Source: Asterionella formosa
Taxonomy: Eukaryota
DNA length: 64,000 nucleotides
Assembly (NCBI GenBank): GCA_002256025.1
Contig: NKIB01006075.1
Location: 1 to 64,000, forward strand
Direction: 5' to 3'
Position 1 is the first letter of the stretch. Each line of letters begins with the position of its first letter. The notes beneath the pieces were generated by a model. The model made no database searches and had not been told where the DNA came from. It saw nothing but the letters and a program-made list of their open reading frames with translations. Below, in pieces: positions 25,404-36,480 of the stretch. A program made the translations under genes and the position numbers.

Positions 25404-26194
25404 TGTGGAGGAAATGTACATTAAATGGATAGAGTCACATGGGGTGATTAACTCACAACGTTTGGATATTTTCTTTCCAATCAATCACGGTCTACCATAA
25501 AGCTATCATTTTCTCTTGGAAAGGATATATTTGAAGCCGCATGACCATCATGTCATAATGTCTTCGGCCCTGGTTGTTTCGTACATGGAATCAGAAATGT
25601 GAGGACCGAACTTACTTGCATGACTCCTGCACCATTTGCACTTGATACTGTATAACTGGAGTTGACACATCGCTATTTTACGGTAGTATCTGATGACTAC
25701 TATAGAGGGGGACTTTGGGGCCATATTCGAGTGCACACAGGTACATACCGGTTGTTTGTCTCCTCCTCTGTAGCTGGCGAGCCTAGTGTGCAACGTTGCA
25801 TTTTAGATCCCACAATCACAAGAAAGTTTTTGTCATTTGTTTTCACAGGATATTTACGTCCCGAGCGTTTCCACTGATCGAATTCCAGGAGAGTTGAAAA
25901 CACCCGATACCGCCCAGCAACGAATTAATTCCTGCTTTATCCTATACGTTGATGTGCGTCGCTAGAGGATGGTGATTGCTGGGTGTCGTAATTGCTGTAC
26001 TACATAGTTATAGCTACAGAACCTCTGTGTTTGGACTGGAGATGAAAGCCCATCCATTTGTACAGTGTGTTACTAGGTAGGTAGGTAGGCACTTCAATGG
26101 GTTTGCCTTTGGTTGTTTTTGTGCGCAATGACTAGTGTTGAGAAAAGTTTTCGACGTTCATGAAATATATAGTTAGATTACCATATATTTTATT

Positions 26195-26953
26195 TTATGC
26201 CGAAAACGACTCTTCCGTTTTGTCAACTTTTCCACAATTGACAAGGACATAATTCTCAAGTGGTTTGGAACGTTTAGTGTAAATGCCTTTGGCTTCCAGG
26301 TCCAATAATGCCTTCAGAGATTCATCACTCATTTTCCCAAAGGGAACAAATTTTCCTTCCAAATGTGGGCTGTCATGTGTAATTAGCATAAATCTGGAAT
26401 CCACCTTGTCCACACCTGGTGAAACCATTGTAATAGTCCCTGGAGTGTGTGACATGACAAGTGGCTCACTATCCACACAGCCCCACTTGTTGGCCACGTC
26501 GGGATGACAAGCCCCAAATTTTCCTGTGTTTAGAACATAATCTCCCAAACACCAGCCAACATCCTTTTGGATGCGATAGACCAGCGAGTTTTGGTATGAT
26601 TTGCTGTCACAGCACAGCAATTCAAAGTTCTTGGTGGTCTTTGGCAGTGCGTATTCTGCCAGGGTCAAGTCAATCCTTGTCAAATGATCCTTTTCGTCCT
26701 TTATCTCTAGAAACATTTGAATGGCCCCGAGATCCAAGGCTTGTTGATTAAGCGCCTCCAACGCCACAACGTCTCTCGCGTGATACCGGCCCTGCAAATG
26801 ACGACCACCCAATCCTGCACGGTATTTGAGATACCAACCGCGGCCCTTGGCTCCTCTACTTCCTGTGGCGAAGTGTCGTGATGATGAAGTACCGGCAGCA
26901 ACAAAAATCGAGCTACTACGAGCAAAAACGGCGGTAATCAACGAAGCCGTCAT
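26195..26953 (-). CDS. Divergent cyclophilin-like protein with mitochondrial-type presequence
   Basis: PKTTKNFELLC, YQNSLVYRI, HTPGTITM, SRFMLI and HLEGKFVPFG trace the cyclophilin fold. Confidence 0.85.
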   Translation of the reverse strand: MTASLITAVFARSSSIFVAAGTSSSRHFATGSRGAKGRGWYLKYRAGLGGRHLQGRYHARDVVALEALNQQALDLGAIQMFLEIKDEKDHLTRIDLTLAEYALPKTTKNFELLCCDSKSYQNSLVYRIQKDVGWCLGDYVLNTGKFGACHPDVANKWGCVDSEPLVMSHTPGTITMVSPGVDKVDSRFMLITHDSPHLEGKFVPFGKMSDESLKALLDLEAKGIYTKRSKPLENYVLVNCGKVDKTEESFSA

Positions 26954-27761
26954 GGTGTAGAATATTTCACTATAGGTACATCAGTATTCCCTGTATGTGC
27001 GACCCCACATTTATATTTATAATAAATAAATCTATATTTAGCTGTAGATACGACACGTACGTTGGTCTACATGTTGACTAATTGTTAAATAATTACTTTT
27101 GTAAATAGCGTAAATATTTGCTGCGAGCTTCCAGTCATACCTGAATATCTGTATAAACATGCATTATAAAATTACCTCGTCCATACTGGTAATATTATTT
27201 CAATACCAGGTAGCAGGTACCTGGTATACCCTGGTACCATGTCCGTGTGGAGTACGTACTTTGGGTACCAGGTTACTTGGTTATCATAATACATATGTAT
27301 GTACATGTACATGTACGCCGGCAAAATTCTGAATCTATTGTTATCGGTACTGGTACCTGGTACCAGGTGGTACCTGTTACCAGTACCGTATGTATGGCTA
27401 CTGTGCGTGTAAATCATTGCTTACCGGTACATGCTTCTACCTGGCACCCCCTTGTAAAAGCATGTATGCAATAATTCAAACGCGCAGTAGCCTGGGACCA
27501 GGTCCTGGTATCGCACCAGGTAATGTACCGGTATTGATAGACGTACCTGTGGTTTTGTGTGAATACGAGTACCACTACCTGGTACATATGGGGCACACCA
27601 CGCACATTACAGATTCAGGTCCCGGTAGCCGGTACCTGGTACATATGATGAAAGAATGCATCATTCTTGCGGATTTTGGAGTTTTGTCATTGTAATTTTG
27701 CGCAAGATCAGTTACCGGTAGGATTATTTCCTCATCGTCCTTGCATCGATCTCAGCACATC

Positions 27762-28712
27762 ATGTCTCCTGCAATATTAAAAGAACACCGCATCTCAGTG
27801 GCCTTGTGCCTTTGCATTCTCATTGCTTTGGTTGGGTGCTACAATAGCAAATTGCTCATGCCCGAATGTTCATTTGTATCCACTTCTGTTGGCAAGCCCC
27901 TTGCCGCTCTCGACAACTCCTACTCTGTTGCTGCGAAAGAAAGTTTTGGATTCTTTACCGATATTCCTGATTCCACATGGGCCCTCAAAAAGAACATTTC
28001 CAGAGCAACCAATCTTGGCTTGTCGGCGGCGTCTTTCAAGTTTGACGAGACGCTACCCAAAGAGGACCGTGACAAGACTGTCGGTTATTACACCAATACA
28101 TGGAATCCTGATTTTGCCTGTCCCATGGACGTTGCGTTGGGGCCTGTGGGGGATGGTCATAAGTGGGTATGTGATGCACACCGATTGGCAGCTATCAAGG
28201 ATTGTTTGGTTTATAGTGTGGGCAGCAATGGTGTGTTTTGATTCGAAAAGTCGATAAACGATCTTGCTCCTAATTGCGAGATTCACATTTTCGATCCTGA
28301 TGATTACTCCCAGAAAATGAAAGCTGCCAAGATTCCCAACAGTTCATTTCATGTATGGGGGTTGAAAGGCTCCAATGCTAAAATAAATTTGACAGGCAAA
28401 CTTAAAGGACGGGCTTTGGACTTCAAGTCCTTGGAGGAAACAATGAAAGTACTTGGTCATGCGGGCCGAGCAATTCATGTCTTCAAGATTGATTGTGAAG
28501 GATGCGAATGGAGCACATATGAGGATTGGTTGAGCCAAGATGTTCGAAAAATTTTGGTTGAGACACATGGTTGGAATTCTCGATCACGGATATTCTTTAG
28601 TGATATCAGAAAGGCAGGTTTTGTAATGACACACAAGGAATCAAACATCTTGACTAAGGGTAATTGCATGGAATATGCCTTTTTGAAATTGGCAAAGACA
28701 TTTTTCAACTAG
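27762..28712 (+). pseudogene. Methyltransf_22 / METTL24-like methyltransferase interrupted by a single in-frame TGA (28239-28241)
   Basis: GDGHKWVCD, CLVYSVGSNG-VF*FE, CEIHIFDP, IHVFKIDCEGCEW and ILVETH all lie in one frame across the stop. Confidence 0.85.
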
Positions 28713-28764
28713 TTCGAGCTGATTGCACTGTCAAAAACATTGGAGCAACCCAATGCTGTTGTAT

Positions 28765-29240
28765 CACAAAATGGCCCATCACACCTTAAGAACACAAAAG
28801 GTAAATTAAATTTGCTTATCAAAAGCTACAAAAGCTAATATTATGTGCCCCAAATGTCATGGTATTTGAGCCAATGTTATCCTCCAAAAAATTGGAGTTT
28901 TATTATGATGAGGTATGTTTATGCGGAAAGGAGCAACATAATACCTATTCATTTGCAGTCATGGGAACAAGAATCAGGTGTCCATGTATTTCATTAATAA
29001 TGGACAGTTTTCTCAATGCTCACTTGCTTGTCATGAACCTTGAGAGACTCAGCTGACAAGTCAAGGTTGCTTGCTTTGGACATGATTGTTTTTAGGTTGG
29101 TAAAGAATCCCAAACTTTTGTTCACTGTCACAATGGAAGAGTTGTCGAGGGTGGCAAGGAAAGTAGGTTAAACTGGGACTGCAACCTCAAGTATATGAAA
29201 GATGCTGCCAATGGAGTTTTGTTTCATGATACTATGCAAA
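28765..29240 (-). pseudogene. Degraded inverted paralog of the adjacent methyltransferase
   Basis: Reverse complement of 29101-29160 aligns to about 27899-27958, 29041-29095 to about 27985-28040, and 28950-29005 to about 28078-28128. Outer boundaries approximate. Confidence 0.75.
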
Positions 29241-29359
29241 CACCTATATGTTTTGGATATTGAGAATTTTATGTTTTCGTAAACTAAAAAGCTGTAATGT
29301 AGATGAACCAAATTCATACTTCAGAGACTCTTGCATTATCTGGAAAGGATGCTTAATTA

Positions 29360-29520
29360 GTGGAATGGCTTAGTGGTTAGCGCACCTCATGAGGTGGCAG
29401 GTTTAATACCTGCATTCTCCACCTGTCATTCTTTTATGTAGTCCCTAGGGGTCCAGGGTGTGTGGCTGACAAGGAGACAGGTCCTGTTGTACCATACAGA
29501 CGAATAAAACCAGTACTAAC
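29360..29520 (+). mobile_element. tRNA-derived SINE-like element or tRNA pseudogene
   Basis: A box TGGCTTAGTGG (29366-29376), T-arm GCAGG-TTTAATA-CCTGC (B-box-like), partial acceptor pairing GAAT/ATTC ending CCA, shortened anticodon arm, and a body of about 100 nt ending near AATAAAA. Confidence 0.55.
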
Positions 29521-29646
29521 TGTGTCCATTCAAGTGGGCATGAGTACAAATTTTCGATAGCTTTAAAGTACTATAAGATTAATTGATAATTTTTTGCAAA
29601 GAATGCTTCATTAGCCAGCTATTTTTCATAACTATGCACAGTATTC

Positions 29647-31144
29647 TCATTTGTTTTGGTTCAGAAACTCAGTAATATGAGCTGCAACTTGGTCTTGTTC
29701 CAACAAGAAGCCATCATGGCCATCATCACTATGAATCACCTTGAAAGTTGAGCCAGTCATATGTTCTGCCAAAAATGCCTGCTCGGGAAGTGGATACAAC
29801 ACATCAGAATCTATGCCCATGACAAGAGCTGGAATGGTAATTCTGGAAAGAACATCCTCAATAGAACCATGTCTACCTCTGGAAATGTCATGCGAGTCCA
29901 TTTGTTCTGTCATTTTAACATAAGTTACAGGATCAAATCGAGTTAAAAACTTTTGACCCTGATATTCCAAATAGGACTTTGCCTTCCAGCAAGCCTTACT
30001 GCCATACACTACCTCGTTGTCACCTTCCTCAGTCGTGATGGCTCGGCCAAACTTGTTTTCGTAACCCTTCGCCGTCCTATAAGTAATCATTCCCATTTGT
30101 CGTGCCACTGCCAACCCCATGGTAGCCTGCATGTGGCGACCAATCTGCCACATGGGATCAGCGTAAATGCTCTGACGCTGTACTTCCGAAATGGCGATTT
30201 GCCATGCTGTGTGGGAGGCGCCACATGCGATGGGGATGACAGACTTGACAAAGGGTGTAACCGAAGTATCTGTGAAGCAGTACATTAAACAAAGTGTAGC
30301 AGCATGGGGGGGGGGGGGGGGGTTTTTTTTTAATTTAATTTTAATTTACCCAATTTTCATGAAACGATCAGATACAGTAGATGAATGAATATAAAAGCAG
30401 CACATTGTCGAACTTACCAGACTCGATGGTCACAAACTCAGCATCGGTGCTCCCTCCCAGAACAGCCGCTTCCATACTTTGCATTCCTCCAAATGATCCT
30501 CCAATCACTGACTTGACACTTTTAATATGTAAATGTTCTTGCAGCAACTTGAGTTGAAGCCTCACTGTATCTTTGACACTCACATCTGGAAAGTGGATTC
30601 CATATTTCCGTCCAGTGCTGGGATTGATGCTTGCTGGACTTGTACTGCCATAACACGATCCCAAAATATTGCAACACACCACAAAGTATTTGGTGGTATC
30701 AAAGGCACGTCCATCTCCCAATAATCCTCCCCACCATGAATGCAAAGACGCATTCCCAGTAAGGGCATGGCAGATAAGTAGAACATTGGTCTTGTCGGCA
30801 TTCAGCGCCCCGTAGGTTTGGTATCGTAGTTCCGCTTGCGCCAGCACCTCTCCGTTTTCCAACAGATAATCCTCGACTACATAACTTTCCCCGCTATCGT
30901 CCATCGTTCCATATTCGTCCTTCATTTCTTTGGAATGCTTGGTGGTATTACTGTAGGAGCAGGAGCTTTGCCGATGATTGGAAGAAATCATACTGGAATC
31001 TGGAAATGATGACCCATGCAAACTACTTGTTACATTGGAAGTGGAGCGGGGCCAGGACATTCCAGCACGAGCCAAGAACGAGTAATGACGTCTCTTGGTT
31101 GTGGACTGCGCCATTCTCTGAATCACCAGCGTCGATAACTTCAT
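29647..31144 (-). CDS. MET2: Homoserine O-acetyltransferase (MetX/Met2 family), 2 exons: 31144-30418, 30269-29647
   Basis: Motifs ICHALTGNA, NILGSCYGSTSP, IGGSFGGM, GIDSDVLYP and GHDGFLLE; GT-AG intron 30417-30270 restores the frame. Confidence 0.92.
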
Positions 31145-33337
31145 TTTCTTTGGATGTTCTTTTTGGATTCTGCTTTTGTTCTTCTTTTGTGGCTTTTCCT
31201 GTGCTTCTTGTTGCAGTTCTTCTGCTTCGTAGTCGATTCAAGTCTCTACACAACACTGCTGTCCACAGTTAGGGATGCGATCATCACTCTCGAAAGAGGT
31301 ACAACTTTGAACTTCGATTCGCTTAAAAATGAAAGAAGCTGAAGAACACCGACGCCTTTCATTGCAGCCAATTCTTACGTTAGTCTAGACGACTACCTGT
31401 ACCTGGTAGCGGTAATACCTGGGATTTGCATGCCAGTAGACGGCATGCATTATACATAGTGCGTGGGAGTACCAGGGTACCAGGTAAAAAACTTAAGAGC
31501 ATCGGTATGCCGGTATATATTTTGCTGCCTACATAATGCCGGTAGTCTACTTCTGCACATTTGTTTATAGCTAAGAAAATATATTTCATTTACCGGTACA
31601 GAACAAGTCTATTTATAATAGCTCTATCCAGCGAACAAACCGGCATAAGAGCAGGCAAACGAGGTCGAGAACTCTGCCTGCATAATGATCCATCAGGAAA
31701 ACGTACGGACAACAAACATCGGATGATTTCACCGATGTGGAACAGACGGACAGAATGTATGTACCAGGGTTTACAGGCACGCAACCAGGGGATGGTACCC
31801 TGGTACCTGGTACCAGGTACCAGTACCAGGGTACCAGGTAGCGGTATGCCTCCAAGCAAGTTGCAAAAATTTTGCTATTTGCACATGTGTTCGTATATTG
31901 TCGTGCCAACAATAATGATTCCAATTCCAAATTGATTCGTGTTTATCATTTTTTGAATTATGTTTGATAAGAACCAACCCAGCTGGCTTTTCATAGGAAG
32001 TGAAAGTACCCACTTTCTTGGCCTTAACAAAAACTCTCCTGTGCGTTATTTCTCACCTATCATTGTTATTCTTTTCATTTCAGGAGTGCTTCAGAAACAC
32101 CATCACTCTCTCAGTGCTCCTTGCAATGTGATTGAAGGATCAGTGAATTGTTGAGTGATTGGAAAGGAAAAAGTCAGCTACAGTCGTTTCATGCAAAATG
32201 ATGCAAATATAGTCCAAATTGGTGAAGGTTTTTTGGTTGTATTGTTCATGCATGCTATTTCTCAACCATGCTCTTGCTTCTGTCATTGAAGTGCTTCACA
32301 GTCAAAATCTTTATCAGCACTCCAATTTGGTTTGACTGGTAAAGTATTAGTGTGCTGCAATAATAGCAATGCTGGGGCCCAAGACCCAACAGATGATTCA
32401 AACATCACTTTCAGAAATTCCATATTTCTGTAGGACTCTAAAGTGTATTCATTGTTGAAATAGCAAAATAAATTTGAATAGTTGTAAAGAATACGGTAAA
32501 ATTGAAACTCACTTATAACTCATTTTCTAAGACCATGGAGTTGCATGTGAATTTCATAGCACAGCCTGCTGACAAGTCTGTTTGCTTCCCTACTACTTTT
32601 GTTTGCATGGTGGAGTCTTCATCCATCTTTCATAAAAAAGGTGAATGTCTTAGCCACAGCATTTGGGGGAACTCCAACTGTCTAGGAAGGCGGCACACTG
32701 CTTGTGAGGGGGGGGACCCACTTTTCCTTGCACACCAGGCAAGACCATGTTTATTTTGGCCAGTGGATGCAAACCATTAGAAGTTTCAAACTTTGATTTC
32801 TCAATGGCTCCCAAGTTGGGAAATATCTGTTGGTTCTGGGAATGAACAAAAAAAGGAGGGCAAATTACCACAACTTGCTGGTACTACCCAGTACCAGTAA
32901 AAAGCAGACCTGCTACTCTGATGATATGTACCAAGTAAATCAAGCTGTTTCATTGAATTCAACTCTCAGAAGACCCAAACCAAGGCTTGCTTTCAATATG
33001 ATTGGTTCACCTCTCATTCCATTCCCATGAGAAAATATTAGGAATTGTGTTATCATCCTGGGTTCCTTTAGGAATATCCATCCCTTGATGTGTAATATTT
33101 TGGAGTTTGCAGAGTTGTCTGAAATTAGCATATTTACTATATTAAATCATTTTACAACCGTTGTCCAAGTGTCAAAATCCCATCTGCCATGGAAAATGAT
33201 GCATGTGTCTGCAAAGATTGAATTGGAAACCTATGGTTGCAACATAGTGTGAATAATTCAAAGTGTGCCATTATCCAAAGCAGTTGATTCGGCATGATGA
33301 GTTGATAGATATGATGTCAGCATTCCCCTCTGCATTC

Positions 33338-34406
33338 CTATGCTGGACACGGAATATCTGGAGGACCCAAATCATGCGACTTTATAGAACGAGAATCCAA
33401 ACTTCGATCCTCAGGAATATCTGGAGGACCCAAATCATGCGACTTTATAGAACGAGAATCCAAACTTCGATCCTCAGGAATATCTGGAGGACCCAAATCA
33501 TGCGACTTTATTGAACGAGAATCCAAACTTCGATCCTCAGGAATATCTGGAGGGACCAAATCATGCGACTTTATAGAACGAGAATCCAAACTTCGATCTT
33601 CTGTGGAAGATGCCGAACAACTGCGACTCGATGGTCTGCTATCCAAGTCTAGGAGCTTATGTGATGAACGTGACTTGAGAGCATAGATCCTTGATGACGA
33701 CGATGATGATAGCAGGATTTCCAAGGTTTCTTTCTTTCTTCGAGTCTTGTCTATATCTTCTTGTTGAGGAATATAATCCTTCGATCGGGAACAACAGCAT
33801 ATCTTCTTCACCCCATCCCTACAGTTTTCCATGAACAGCTCGAACCGGGCATATTGTAATGTCGTTACGGTTCTCGTTCGTTGATTCTTGATTCGAATGG
33901 AGTTTCGTATTGCCTCCACAATTTGTGATCTGGGGACATCCCATTCGCCAATGAGCAATTCTTCTCTATCCTTTCGTGAAAGTACTCTTGATTTTTGGGG
34001 GCGTGATGCTTTCAGTTTTTCATACTGTTCCAAGGACGTGGTTGATTCGGAGTGATAAGACCAGCCGAGCCTTGATTTTGCATAGCACGAGTTGTGACAC
34101 ATGAGTGATTAACAAAACAGGAGTCAGTTTGTGAAATGCAAGACACCTATTCCATTGTATCACAAACGAATGCCGTAACTTCGAACTTTTTCATTTGACT
34201 TACCCAATGGGCGGACCTGCAGTGACACTTGGATTGTCACCAACAGCACGTTCGTAATCTCGAACAACAACACTTTTAAAGGATACACTGGGATCAGCGT
34301 CATCCTCCTCACAAGTAATGACGCGAAGCTTCTTCTTGATAATCCCATGTTTGTGAAGTGATGCGTCGAGTGATGAGACTCGCATGATGCTCTTGGTGGA
34401 TGTCAT
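33338..34406 (-). CDS. Diatom-type hypothetical protein (VSF..V.VRDY....GDNPS...GPPI.LGW family), exons 34406-34204 and 34070-33338
   Basis: GT-AG intron 34203-34071 joins GPPIG to LGWSY in frame. Confidence 0.8.
33351..33600 (-). repeat. Coding minisatellite, 4 x 63 bp (EDRSLDSRSIKSHDLGPPDIP)
   Basis: Near-identical units start at 33351, 33414, 33477 and 33540. Confidence 0.95.
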
Positions 34407-35293
34407 AATGAATAAAAACAGTGGATGGGCGAGGATTGAGTTCTGGAAGATAATGAGTTGGTGCAAATCAACAAAGTACCGGCAGAAGCAGCAGAGCTTG
34501 AGAGATGCAGCATTTAATTTATACGAAAGAATGGAGGGGGAAAAGGGAATGCGAATTCCTTATGTCGCAGTCATTTGTTGGGACTCATCGAGTGTACCTG
34601 GTACCTACCAGGTACAGTATCATATGCAAATATACATATATACCGGTAATACCATGCCTGAGTGTACCGGTAACATAACCTTTATACCGGTTTACATATA
34701 CTATTTATTTATTTATTTTTAATGAAAATACACGTACCGGAATACCTTTGGACAAATTGGTACGGTGCCAGTAGTTGCTGGTACCAGGTACCTAGTGAGC
34801 CACTTGGTACTGGTACCATCCCAGGAATGCATGCAGTTTTCGTCATTTTTCAGAAACAGATTATGTCACCATTCAGACAGGCACTAACTGAAAAGGTCAT
34901 GATCAGTTCATTTTTCACGGACAAATTACCAGAATTCTATTAGCTTCACCGGACAATCGTCCGGTATTTGAGAGAATAATCCAACTGTTGATCACGCACC
35001 AAGCCGATCACGATGAAGCTAGTGATTTCCGGTTTAAGTTGTAGTGAAACAAGATTACGTTCGGCACGGGGTTCTTCTGGACGTCTAAAATTATGGTCCC
35101 CAGGTACCAGGTACTGTACTTTAAGATTGTACCGGTACTTGCTCTACAAAAGGCTAATTTTTAATGGAATCCTGATTTTGCCAACATGTGCCTTTTCTGT
35201 GAGTACAAGTCTGATATATATACGTGGTTGCAACTTGCAACTCCTCAACATAATTTAGATTTGCATCAGTATCACTCCAACGCAAAACGAATA

Positions 35294-35388
35294 CCTGCAA
35301 GTTGCGGTCATTTTGCTTAAACCAAAAATTTAATCTTGAATAAAGGCAGCTAATTCTTTAAAAGAGCAACATTACCGCAACTTGCTGG
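35294..35388. mobile_element. MITE copy 5 (best preserved termini)
   Basis: TA|CCTGCAAGTTGCGGTCATTTTGCT ... AGCAACATTACCGCAACTTGCTGG|TA. Confidence 0.9.
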
Positions 35389-35490
35389 TATACAGTACTC
35401 CTGTAAGTAAAAGTACCGGTATCTATTATACCAGTACATAAAGGTGCCTGCATTTGAACACCAATTTAGGCAAAAATAAAAATATTACTA

Positions 35491-36480
35491 AGGGCCGTTC
35501 TTATCAAATTTCATCATTTATCACTAAATTTGAAAATGTTTCAGCAATGGTAACTCGATTCGAACTGAATTTCATTCATTCCAAACTTGACACTATATCG
35601 CTAATTTGTATCACAGTGAATCATGGTGTAACATGGATTGTTGGCAGCAACAGGCCAGCAACTAACATCTAAATATATATGAGCAGTCGTGATATGGATA
35701 TGCGTAGTCTAAATAAAAAAATTAGAATTCAATAAAATAAAAACATCATGTGACGGAGCCTGTGTATACATGTTACTGGTTCTGTGAGGCTTGTCAACAT
35801 GTTGTCATCAATGCATTGACCATGTTTATCATCAGCCATTTCTCCATCAAAATGGCAAACAAGTCGCTGTGCCTTGGATATCTAATATATCATTAGTATA
35901 TGAACGATTTAATAGAAAGAGAAATATATAGACATATCTTTAGAATTGAGTAAGAAGTTACGAATCTATGATGTAAAAGAATATTTGTCAATTTATAGGA
36001 AGGCAAATAGAACTATAGATTTGTTCTGGCAATGACTAAAGCTATGACCACCAAGACAATTAGTATAGCAATAATATCATACGACAAAAGGGGTTGCAAA
36101 AGTGGTGTGAGGGTAGAATTTTAATTATAGACACCATTAGATCAATCGATTGTACCAGTGGTGTTTTCATGTTGCTCTGTGAAGCTGATGTTGATTTTCC
36201 CATCAACAAAATAAATTATATAGCTAGTGCTGGCATATTTACGGTTATTTTATCAGTGACAACGGACGTGATACATAGTGATCAGCGGCTGTATCACTGA
36301 TACCGCATTTGTCAGGGGTCCAAAAACTGATACACCCATGATACACTGGTGATCAGCCCCAAAAAACCGAAAGTGATACAAAAAATATGATACAAATATG
36401 ATACAAACCGTCATTTTTGTATCATATTTCGGCGATGACACATCAATGACGACCAATGACAGAATGATAAGAATGGCCCT
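35491..36480. mobile_element. Non-autonomous TIR element of about 990 bp (PIF/Harbinger-like termini)
   Basis: TIR AGGGCC(G/A)TTCTTATCA at both ends, with TA (or TAA/TTA) flanks; the right end is also found inverted at 42412-42491. Confidence 0.75.

Noticed and set aside
25905..25990. Structured ncRNA hairpin (CGCCCAGCAA...TTGCTGGGTG)
   Set aside because: Short imperfect stem with no snRNA or snoRNA boxes recognised; could be chance.
27172..27695. Short ORFs rich in VPGT/YQVPG/WYLVP as a peptide family
   Set aside because: They are translations of the palindromic TACCWGGTA arrays and appear on both strands and in several frames.
28713..28775. SECIS element for the in-frame TGA
   Set aside because: A small hairpin (CATTGG/CCAATG) and TGA...AAAA are present, but I see no paired core stem with a 3' GA; not supported by eye.
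29360..29421. Functional tRNA-Met
   Set aside because: Only about 62 nt, anticodon arm collapsed, acceptor stem imperfect and T-loop lacks TTC.
27762..31144. Methionine/SAM gene cluster (methyltransferase + MET2)
   Set aside because: Only adjacency of two convergent genes; no other pathway genes nearby.
31790..31845. GGTACC arrays as telomeric repeats or KpnI linker contamination
   Set aside because: Unit length and orientation vary, many units are mutated, and single units sit at TA sites inside older repeats; neither telomerase repeats nor linkers fit.
32100..33260. Coding gene
   Set aside because: Only short interrupted ORFs with no recognisable motif; possibly an old pseudogene, but not supportable.
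33351..33600. CRISPR-like repeat array
   Set aside because: Units are contiguous with no unique spacers, lie in frame in a spliced eukaryotic gene, and no cas genes are present.
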